Shown piece by piece: positions 52,994 through 64,000 of a DNA stretch of 64,000 bases. The notes below the pieces were generated by a model that worked only from the letters and a program-made list of their open reading frames with translations, was not told the origin of the DNA and ran no database searches. Both the position numbers and the translations under genes were made by a program. Position 1 is the first letter of the stretch. Each line of letters opens with the position of its first letter. The DNA comes from Octopus sinensis (taxonomy: Eukaryota), in assembly GCF_006345805.1 (NCBI RefSeq), contig NC_043014.1, forward strand, positions 49,414,001 to 49,478,000, read 5' to 3'.

Positions 52994-55965
52994 ACACACG
53001 CATACACACACGCACGCACACACATACGCACACACACATACATGCACTCACGTACATACACAAATGGCAAAATTAAATACATCAACGAATTGCTTCGGTC
53101 AAATCTTACCGGAAGTTGATATCAGTTCATCTACGCAACTCATCCCCTGGTGTAGATTCTTATCAGTTATTGGGGAAATCCTCTCCTTACCTCCCGCTTT
53201 CTCTCCTCCTCCCCCTCATCATCTTCTTCTTCATGCTCATCTTCTCTCCCCTCTCTCCTACGCTGAATGACACAGTTTCAGGAAGGTTGGTCATGTGAGT
53301 CATGTCGCTTCTCTAAATAATTTCAGTGATTCTGAGTTCTTGAAGAGAAAAAAATCGCAATCGCCCTCACCACTTTCCACTTCCACCCCGTGCATCAGTG
53401 TTTGATAGAAAGTTCCGTCCTGTCACCGAGTTGTCATATCTGTGTCCATAGCAAAGACTCTTCACTTTATCAAGATTCGGTTGATTTTTTTGTCAGAAAG
53501 AAGCTAGAACCAGATGAAGTGCAACCCCCATAAAAGCCCCACTCGGGGCAGACCGTCCTCCACGCACCATTCTAGCTGTTTTACAGCATCTCCCCCGCCA
53601 CCACACACACATATTCATGTTCTTATTTCTTTATTGTCCCCTCTGTGTTTAGCCCCTTGTGGGTAGTAAAGAAATAGGTTTGGAAATAAGCAGAAGATCA
53701 GTGTCTTCCATTTTAATACCGGATTTGTGCATGTAGAGAGTGTCGGCGAATTTCGCCCCTGTGGGATAACGTCAGCAGCTGGGAAGCGGACCGGAACTTG
53801 GGGCTGACCGGAAGAGGAAGGGGCTGGAGTGACGCGCGTGCAGGCAGGGGAGCATTGGGCCTTTTCGATTGGGGTCACCGACAGAGCTGGACGTGAGAGC
53901 GCTTCGTCAAGGTAAGGGAAAAGCAGCTGCTATTTTTAGCGTTCGGGTCGGGCCACGTGGAAGGGTGCGTTACCACCCGGGAGGTCTGCGTCGGCGAAGA
54001 GAAGGTAGGTACCTTTATTTCAAATCTCCCACATACACCACAGCTCCCAAGGTACTGGTGGTGCAGCCGAAACAACTTCGGCATGGATCTCGCTCAGGAC
54101 ATGCTGGACTGTGCAAATCACCACCCAGACTTCATGAATCCCCTCATCACTGATGATGAAATACGGATTTATGGTATCTGCTCGATGCGTTCGGCCATCT
54201 TGCACGAAAACGAAAACCCGACAAGCACGCACTGTACGTCTGTACGCTAGGTGTAATCGACAGGAATTGATGTGGCCTATGGACGTGAAAATTTTCCCGA
54301 ATGCGCAAGAAGGATGTAACCACTTCCCACCCAAAAGGATTTTCCCCACGCGGCATTAGCTTTGGCGGGAAACAACAAAGTCGGATGTTTTGAATGCACC
54401 TCCTATGCATCTATACATGTATATAGGGAGAATTCACGAAAGATAAACAAAAGACGGAGACAGGTGGCGTACAAAACAAACAGATGTATAAGTATAAGGG
54501 TCAGGAATTGAAAAAGTATTTTAGGTTTCGCGCCTACGCTCTTCTGCGGAAAGGAACACAGAAAGAAACAAGGAGAGAAAAAAATGTGTGTAGTGGCTAT
54601 ATATATATATATATACTTTTTTTTTTCTAGTTTCAGCTCAGAGCTGCGGCCATGCTGATGCACCGCCGTTTGTTGATTATATCGACTCCAGTGCGTAACT
54701 GGTACTTAATTTATTGACCCCGAAAGGATGAAAGGCAAAGTCGACCTCGGCGGAATTTGAACTCAGAACGTAACGGTAGACGAAATACTGCTAAGCATTT
54801 CGCCCGAGTCTGCCAGTTCGGGAGAGTTTACGAGAAAAACAAAAGACGAAGACAGGTGGTGTACAAAACAAACAGATGTATTAGTATAACGCTCAGGAAT
54901 TGAAAAAGTCTTTTACGTTTCGAGCCTACGCTCTTCTGCAGAAAGGAACACAGAAAGAAATAAGGAGAGAAACAAAGAGAGAAAAAAATTGTGTGTAGTG
55001 GCTACCGATCTATCATGGTGACTGTATATATGCAAGCGTGCAAGCATAAATGTAAATAATATTTCCTCCATCTGAGTTATGCCGATAGCATCATGACCAA
55101 AGGCCTGCTGAATCTTGAGGATGGACTGAGATTGAGAACCATCAGGCTTTTGGGGAAAACTTGATGCAATATTTCTGCTTGGTGCGTTCGGTGAAAACGA
55201 AAATCCGACGTGCGCGCACTACACGTCTGCACTTCTAGCCGTGACCACCGCAAAAAATTTACACGTTTGCACAGGAAGGGTGGCGTCGCCTCCCAACCAA
55301 AGAATTTTTACCCTCGTTGCATTAGTTATGGCGAGGAAAATAAAGGTGGATACTTTTTGAATGTACCTCGTGCACTCACACACACACACACTCACACACA
55401 CACGCACACACACACACGCACACACACACACACACGCACGCCACACGCACACACACACACATACGCATACGCACACGCACCCACACACATACGCACACAC
55501 ACACATACATACATGCACTCACGTGCATACACAAATGGCAAGACGAATTGCTTCGGTCAAATCTTACCGGAAGTTGATATCAGTTCATCTACGCAACTCA
55601 TCTCCTGGTGTAGATTCTTATCAGTTCTTGGGGAAATCCTCTCCTTCCCTCCCGCTTTCTCTCCGCCTCCCCCTCATCATCTTATTTATCCTCATCTTCT
55701 CTCCCCTCTCTCCTACGCTGAATGACACAGTTTCAGGAAGATTGGTCATGTGAGTCATTTCGCTTCTCTAAATAATTTCAACAATTCTTGAGTTCTTGAA
55801 GGAGAATCGCTATCGCCCTCAGTACTTTACACCCCACCCGAAACATCTGTGTTTGACAGAAAATTCCGTCCTGTCACTGAGATGACATATCTGTGTCCAC
55901 AGCAAAGACTCTTCACTTTATCAAGATTCGGTCGATTTTTATCAGAAAAGGCTAGAACCAGATAA
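50560..55965. repeat. Local triplication with inversions: ~450-bp block at ~50560-51045, ~53040-53515 and ~55510-55965, interleaved with rearranged mariner fragments
   Basis: Direct repeats ~2.47 kb apart. 52072-52510 is inverted at ~53690-54125 and 51060-51415 at ~53918-54275. Mariner N-terminus EQKYCIKF..QQAFG..YKRFK at ~52590-52780 (-), partly repeated at ~55066-55200. Confidence 0.9.
54910..54945 (-). ncRNA. Minimal type I hammerhead-like motif (A6C variant); decayed paralogues ~54518-54553 (-) and ~6817-6851 (+)
   Basis: CUUU-CUGCAGA-A-GAGC/GUAG/GCUC-GAAAC-GUA-AAAG. Confidence 0.6.
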
Positions 55966-57152
55966 AGTCATATACTAACTGGTTGAAGACACAAAGTTGT
56001 ACACAAGAAGTGCGTTGTAATTCGCTTGAAGCGTTGAAGTATAGAAAGTTTTTAAAACCTTTATATTTCGGGTGAAAAGACTTGTATCAGGAAGAATATT
56101 ATCAAAGAAATGCGTATTTACATAGATCCTGCCGTTTTCTGCATTATGAGAATCTTTCCTTATTTCTCATTTCATTCGTTAAAGTTGTATACGTTACGCT
56201 GCAACCAGCTGGGAGCTGAGAGTGAATCCCGTGGAACGGTTAAATTTCCCAGATTAGATTATATCAACAACACTCCACTCAGACTTAGGGGTCTTCTCAA
56301 ATGCTAAAAAAAAACAGGTAATTATGTGGGGACTGACTGTGTCCTGATAGGAACGCATAGACGAGGTTCATGGGAGAGGAGCTTGCCAGATACGAGGAAT
56401 CGGTAGAGCAATTTTTATAATAGAATGATAAAATGTCTTATAAATATTTTTGTTTATTCTATGTCAAACCATGCTCGACAGATAGGCCCTCTTGAACTGG
56501 ACGGGTTTGTGCAATTTTTCGCAAAAAACTTCGTTGAAGATTTTTTTTTCATTTTAAAATTATTTACATATCTGTTCGACGGTTTCACATGACTTTATTT
56601 ATCAAAACTTAAAGCTTCATCAGTTCTCAGAAATTGTCGTAATGCTGTGGTTCCCAACCTGTAGTCCGAAGACCCCCGGTGGCCTGCAAAGGTAGTACTA
56701 AGGGTCCGTGAACATCTTAAGCTGACAGACTTTTCAATATCCTGGAGTCCGTGGAAAAAACACATTTAAATGTCCTTGACAGTGAAAAGGTTGGGAACCA
56801 GTCGTAATGCTTTGCTTTCGACTGTTTAATAAAAATTCCTCCTCGTAATGATTTTGCTTTCATTTTGTAATGGACAGCTATCATGCAGAAAATGTCAGCT
56901 TCCAAATCCTGTTTTCTGATTAGGTAAAACTGATTAAATTTTAAACCTTAGTAATATTTTGCCAAAATTTTCCTGAAACAAATAAATAAGAAAATCGGAT
57001 TTAACGTGGAAAATTATTTCAATATACCAAATTTAGAAGTTTTGACATAATTTTAAAATTTCACAATATGTGACAGCAACAGGGAAGACCCTACAAAAGT
57101 AGAGAGACTGACAGCAGAACGACACACACACACAAACAAGCAACATACAAAC

Positions 57153-57209
<57 letters not shown>

Positions 57210-57274
57210 TTACAAACGTACACACAGGTAATCACGAGTTTAAAATGGTGTACAGTAGACATTATGTATGTATG

Positions 57275-57307
<33 letters not shown>

Positions 57308-58406
57308 GTATGTATGCATGCATCTATGTATGCATGCATGTATGTATGTATGTATATATGTATGCATGCATGTATGTATGTATGTATGTATGAATGTATG
57401 TATGTATGTATGTGTGTGTGAGTACATATATATGTGTGATGTGTGTGTGCGTGTGTGTGTATGCATGTATCTATGTATTTAGGAAAGCATGCATGCAGCA
57501 TCGCGTGCATACCCATGAATGACAGCTGTATTAACGTGAACATCCCACTGCTTTAGCTTCGTTACTTTAGCAACAGTCCGGATACTTATTGATCAGATCT
57601 CGTACCGACCCAGCAAAAGCTGAAGTCACACACTTCTAACTGTTGTTATAATATAATATAATATGAACCTATGTTGAGCAATCGTCTATTTTTATAACGG
57701 AGAAATAAAATTGTCTCTTGTTCAACTCATTTTCATCTGATTGTTCTTTGTCACAATCTTTCTCTTTGCCGTTATAACCCTAAAGTTTCTGCGACTTAAA
57801 TTAAGGTTTTTGCATCACAAAAGGCCTTTGTTTGACTGAATTAAACCGAGAATGGAAACCAAAGAAAAAGAAAAAAATATGTTAACGTTTTAGTATTTAC
57901 AGACTAAACATTGGTGCTGCCATAAATGCAATCCACTCCTTTCCTTGTATGACAAATCTTTGTCAAATAAAACTTTAGAAAAAAACTGACTTGCTTTATA
58001 AACAATGCCAAGTTTCAGGAAACAAATGGTAGTCTGTGAAAGTGGGAATCTGTGGAAATAAAATCTTTTGAAAAATCAACAAATTTGGAGAAGTTCTTAC
58101 GTCGAGTAAAGGCGTAAATTGAAACCCGATCGAAAACTAATTTTCGTGCCAACGTGGGACGTTCTATGTTAGTGGTAACTCTTTTACTCTATTACTTGTT
58201 TCAGTCATATTACTTGTTAGTCGAGCAAATCGACCCCAGGACTTACTTTTTGTATGCCTAGTACTTATTCTATCGGTTCTCTTTTGCCGAACCGCTAAGT
58301 CACGGGGACGTAAACACGCCAGCATCGGTTGTCAAGCGATGTTGGGAGGACAAACACAGACACACAAACATACACACACATACACACACACACCACACAC
58401 ACACAT

Positions 58407-58474
<68 letters not shown>

Positions 58475-59239
58475 CGACGGGCTTCCTTCAGTTCCGTCTA
58501 CCAAATCCACTCAGAAGGTTTGGTTGGCCCGAGGCTATAGTAGAAGACACTTGCCCAAGGTGCCACGCAGTGGGACTGAACCTGGAACCATATGGTTGGT
58601 AAGCAAGCTACTTACCACACAGCCACTTCTCAATCATATATTTTTTAAAAAACCAATGGACCCCTTTGATTTCTATTTTACTCTGCTGGGCCTCCACAGC
58701 CATTCGATGTATATACTTTTATACCCAAATATCATTAGCAGGTGTATTAAAATAACAAAATCTTATATGGACCTCCAAGAGTCATACCGACCCCAGTTGA
58801 GAACCACTGTTCTATGTGGCTGCTTTAAGTGTTAGAAATAACAGCCAAATCTCTTTGCTATACTCTACTGTCTGGAGAAAGAAGCAAGCGTGAATGGTCA
58901 TAACTGAGACTTCCTTGACTAAACAACAGCAGCAATTTTTTCTGTCCTATGAAGGGCCTTGCCCAAAAAGTTAACACTTGCGTCTCCCGCTAGACTTAGG
59001 ATTGTTAATGGTTGTGTTTCGTTTCGTTACTGTAGTGTTCTTAAGACCAGTGCTTCTCAAAATATATGATGCGTTGTACCAGCAGTTTTTTTCCCCAATG
59101 TGCCAGGGACCGGTAATATTTCTTGGTAATACTAATTTATACCGGAAACAATATATATAATTCGTTTTTGGATTTGGTTTGGAAGATTCATTATATGAGT
59201 TTTGTCTTTCATATATTAACATATCAAAATATTTAATTT

Positions 59240-59465
59240 ATTCTGTTGTGTCTGGGGAGAGTCATTTTCTTTTTGTGCCTTATAATGTAACACAGTCACC
59301 GGTAAAATTTCCACGTTTTCCTTATTTTTATTGTCCTAAAATTTTGCAAGACGCAACGAAAATTTTAGGACAATAAAAATAAGAAAAACGTGGAAAGTTT
59401 ACCGGTGACTGTGTTACATTATAAGGCACAAAAAAAAAATGATTCCTCCCCAGACACAATAGAAT
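59240..59465. repeat. ~105-bp-arm palindrome with the 3' half of an HHR at its apex
   Basis: Arms TTCTGTTGTGTCTGGGGAG...CCTAAAATTTT / AAAATTTTAGG...CTCCCCAGACACAATAGAA; apex UUGC-AAGAC-GCAAC-GAAA-AUUU-UAGG. Confidence 0.85.
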
Positions 59466-60493
59466 GTATATAATGAATATAATAAAAGTTGACAATTTTT
59501 TCATTGTACATTTATTTTGTAAACAAATAATACGATATTACATATGCATTTTATAAGCATTTATAATGTTTCTTTCTTTTCTGGAAACTCGCTGCATACT
59601 GGCAGCTGATGGCTCGCAGACCGACACCGGTCCGTGGACCACCACTTTGTGTGGCACTGCTTTAGACCATATCAACAGGATTTTTGCCAACACTGTATTA
59701 TAACAATTGTAAGAAGTACGTCTGTACCATATGTGTGCGGACAGAAAAAAATGACATACATACATACATACATACATACATACATACATACATACATGCA
59801 TGCATGCATGCATATATACATACCAATACATACATACATACATACATACATGCATGCATACATACATACATACATACATACATACAGACAGACAGACAGA
59901 CATGCATGCATACACACATACATACATACATACATACATACGTACATACATACATGCATGCATGCATATATACATACTAATACATACATACATGCATACA
60001 TACATACATACATACAGACAGACATACATACATACATACATACATACATACGTACATACATACATGCATGCATGCATGCATATATACAAACCATTACATA
60101 CATACATACATGCATACATACATACATACATGCATGCATACATACATACATACATATATACATACATGCATGCATACATACATGCATGCATACATACATA
60201 CATGCATGCATACATGCATGCATGCATACATACATACATACATACATACATACATACATACATACATACATACATACATACATACATACATACATACATA
60301 CATACATAGTTATGGTATATTCCGTTAGCAACGTGGTAGAGTACAGTGTAAAGCTCGTCCACCCTCAGAATTTCCCAGTACTATCCGGTTGTAGTGTTAT
60401 ATACTCCCAAGTTTGGGCATTCGTCGTATGTGAATATAAAATTGAAGAAATTGGAGTCAACAAGAAAGAGAACGGCTGCACAGTTAATTTTTA

Positions 60494-60599
60494 ATCGCTA
60501 CAATTGTTTCGATGCAACGTAATTCTTCTGGAGTACAGGTATTTGATTATGCAGCTGTTTGTTTGCATAATGAAATCTAGTTGTGTTTCCTCAGGTGAT
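60494..60599 (-). ncRNA. Decayed type I hammerhead with long stem II insertion
   Basis: AUCAC-CUGAGGA-AACACAAC..GUUGCAUC-GAAAC-AAUU-GUA-GCGAU; the mismatches are transitions. Confidence 0.55.
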
Positions 60600-61318
60600 A
60601 TGTGAGTGCTGTCTACGTTAGTTTAAAATCGTCAACTTCAAGACCATCCCCTCCGTCAGTCGTGGTTTGAATTTAGTAGTAGCTGATGGACTCATGGTGT
60701 GTGCTGCCAGAGTGCGTTTGGTGGACTGCTATGAATGGTACAGGCTGGCATTTGAATGGAATGGGTATTCCATTTGGTTGTATCGCTGATCTGTTCTTCA
60801 TGGTTGGCTACACATGTGAATTTCTTTATCATAAAGGTATATCTTAATGCGTCATGACGCTATTGCTAAAACAATATTCAATGCCAACTGAAGAAAAGGA
60901 GCAGTCTCGGGGTAACTATAGAGAATCCCCTTGTTTTGCTGCTTTGCTGCGGTGAATATCTCTTTGAAAATCAAAGAGAAAGAGGATACCCACGGACAAC
61001 TGCTTAAAAACCACACTATAAGTTCATATTTATAATATTTGGTGTACTTGGTTTTGTTAGTGAAGGCCTGAATGAAAAACTGGAAAAGCTAGGATTTTCA
61101 GAAAAAGAAATCAACCAGCTAACTCGCACATTTCAAATACAATCTGTAAGCAGAACAGAACAAGTATGCAAGACATTTTTCAAGTTCTTTTTGTTATCTA
61201 CATTCCAACGACGGAACTTTGTATCTTTCTTAGAAACTAGCTTCCTTCTCAGAGGGAAATTTCAAAAATATATATACAGAGAGGGAGAGAGAGATAAACT
61301 TATATATATGTGTGTATG

Positions 61319-61404
<86 letters not shown>

Positions 61405-62249
61405 CTTATTTATTTATTTACTTATACTATATATATATATCATATATATATATATATACATGCAGATACATACAAACATGCATGCGCACACATGTGTATA
61501 TGCAAACACACACATATATATATATACGTGTGTGTGCGTGAGCTTGTGTGTGTGTGTATAGATGCTGTTAATCTGTTGTTATTGTACAAAAGGGAAATGA
61601 AAAAAAGAAATGTAAAATGGGTGATGTTTGATGTCTGATGGTTCGTGAAGAAAACAAACCACCATCACCACCGCCACCTACAACGTTGATACTGATGATG
61701 ATAATGATGGTGGTGTTGGTTGTAATGACGATGATGATGGTGGTGGTGGTGGTGGTGGTGGTGGTGTATCTGGCGACACTTCAGAATCCAATGACGTAAA
61801 ACTGAACAAGCCACAACACAACAATAATGTGTCGCCTTTTTTTTTTGTTAAGAAGGAGGAGGACGAGGACCAGGAGGAGGGTCGTTGTGATGATGGTGGT
61901 GGCCTCTTTTCTTTATCACTGCCCTATATAACCACCACCTCCTCCTACTCCTCCATAATTCTTCAATGACTCTTTCACGTCCTGAGTGAGAAAAATGAAC
62001 TTGCATAAATTATGTTAATGAATGAATTTTGTATTTGAAAAAAAAAGATAAATAAATACATAATTTTTTTATTTAATGGAGATAAAAATAGTGAATTTTG
62101 ACCAAAAGTTAGACATTTTGAGACGAAATTCCTCTATGTCAACCCCAATGTCTATCTGGTACCTATTTTATCGACCCTTGAAGGTTGAAATGTAAACCCG
62201 GTCTCTGCAAGGTTCGAACATACGAAAAAGGAACTTAAGAAGATGTTTT

Positions 62250-62640
62250 CCAAAAAATTGACTGTAGTCAGGTTGATGGTAACCTTTATGGACAGGCCGA
62301 ACTCCTTAAATATTTTTATGAAGTCCTTCCTGAACCTGTCCATGGAGTGGCCGTTCATATGGCTTGAGATAGCCGGGCCGTCGTCCCTATAAAGGGCCGA
62401 CCTAGTGGATGGGTACGTCTCTTGAGTGTATCCAAGATGTATAACCCGACGAGATCAGCGATTTCAGCACCGTCCAAAGTTCCCCCATAGACACGTCGAA
62501 CAATGGGTCGCCTTCTTTTTTCCACCCAGAAGGAATCGTTTTGGGCCAGGATTGATTTTCATGATAATTCTGATATTAAGGTCACTAATGCTAGTGCATT
62601 GCTCAGCAAAAGTTAGGGCCTTCAATATACACATGCACGC
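62250..62640 (-). mobile_element. Penelope-like (Naiad-type) reverse transcriptase fragment, with an inverted UTR-like segment carrying a degenerate HHR (62902-62942, +)
   Basis: FDVSMG..DGAEIADLVGLYIL..LYRDDG..RFRKDFIKIFKEFGLSIKVTINLTTVNFL. HHR-like UGG-CUGACGA-CUAGC/GCUG-GAAG-CUC-AA-GAG-UA-CCA. Confidence 0.8.
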
Positions 62641-63000
62641 AAAACTATATGAGCGCGTCTACATAAACCACATATAGAATTATATACTTGCACATCCAGC
62701 CCCTTCGTACTGCCCCCTTCCTCCAACAACCTGACCGATTTCTAATCGTCTCGTGGTCTATTTCTTGTCCACCATGCGGTATTTTCCAGTTAACTGTTAC
62801 CCACATACCAACATCAAACCACGTTACCGCGAGACCTTCTTCGACCAATCGCAGTCCACCTTATGGTAATAACAATTAACTTCAGTCATTCAAATTCAAA
62901 ATGGCTGACGACTAGCATCACGCTGGAAGCTCAAGAGTACCAACGAATTTGAATCGAACTATTTTGATATCCATATAGATATAGATATATACATATATAT

Positions 63001-63032
<32 letters not shown>

Positions 63033-63144
63033 AGATATATATATATATATGTATCTATATTAATATATATATATATATATTATATATAGTATATAGATAT
63101 ATTATATTATATAATATATATATATATATATATTTATATAATAT

Positions 63145-63234
<90 letters not shown>

Positions 63235-63372
63235 TATAGGCCTGCTCGTTTGCCACGGGGTCGCGTCATTTGAAGGCTAAAACAATGCGAAGCGCATATG
63301 ACCATCGGTGTGTAACAACATCAGATAGCCCGGTCGGTTCACGGTGATATATAATATCTATATATATATATA

Positions 63373-63425
<53 letters not shown>

Positions 63426-64000
63426 ATATATATATATATCTATAATGTATGTAGGTATATATGTATAATATATATATATATATATCTATATATAAATATA
63501 TATATATATATATAGGATATATATATATATATATATATATATGTATCTATATATGTATATACACATACACATGCGTGTATGTGCTAGCATATTTACCGCC
63601 TTACTCTAAAACCCTCATATCCTTATCGTCTGCTTGTGTTTTTCATCTTGTTTATGTAATTATTACGTGAGGTCTTCGTATCATATATTTTAATGATGGG
63701 TGGGATAAGACGTTCAAATGAAGAATAAAAAGAATGGGAGAAAAAAAAGAGTTATGAACGAGGGCAGGAGAGAGAATGATTAATAAAAGTAGGTCATGTA
63801 TTATTTGTGAAAATGAAAGAAATATACGAAAGAATAACAATATAAATATAAACTTTGTTTGACATATGAAAACGTTAATAACATGGTTGAAGTTGGTCAG
63901 TTTGTGTATGGTCGTCTGCTGCGGAAGAGAGAAAATCTGACGGTTTGGAACGATTTTTTTGACTGAAAGAAAGAGAACATATGTTTTTTTTAAACTTTCA

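Overview
Eukaryotic, AT- and microsatellite-rich, repeat-dense DNA. The SINE families and simple-repeat landscape suggest an octopus (cephalopod) genome; this is inferred, not verified. One clear spliced gene is present: a minus-strand, 7-coding-exon, 189-aa four-EF-hand calmodulin-like protein (23387..8919) with a TATA/GC-box/CRE-like promoter near 23.95-24.05 kb. A second likely gene is an orphan 208-aa multi-pass membrane ORF (31366..30740, -) with a CRE/ETS/E-box promoter and a poly(A) signal. The rest is SINEs, LINE fragments (RTE, CR1/L2-like, R4/Dong-like), Penelope-like (Naiad-type) RT and GIY-YIG fragments, mariner/maT, hAT, piggyBac-type and Merlin/hAT-type MITEs, and microsatellites. 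The most notable hidden signal is about a dozen type I hammerhead-ribozyme (HHR) motifs, folded by eye and ranging from intact to decayed, in several unrelated small repeat families. They include a tRNA-headed SINE with an HHR tail, a ~510-bp near-perfect inverted repeat with an intact HHR on each arm downstream of the calmodulin-like gene, a ~332-bp retrozyme-like intronic unit, and a G3-C8 core-swapped variant.
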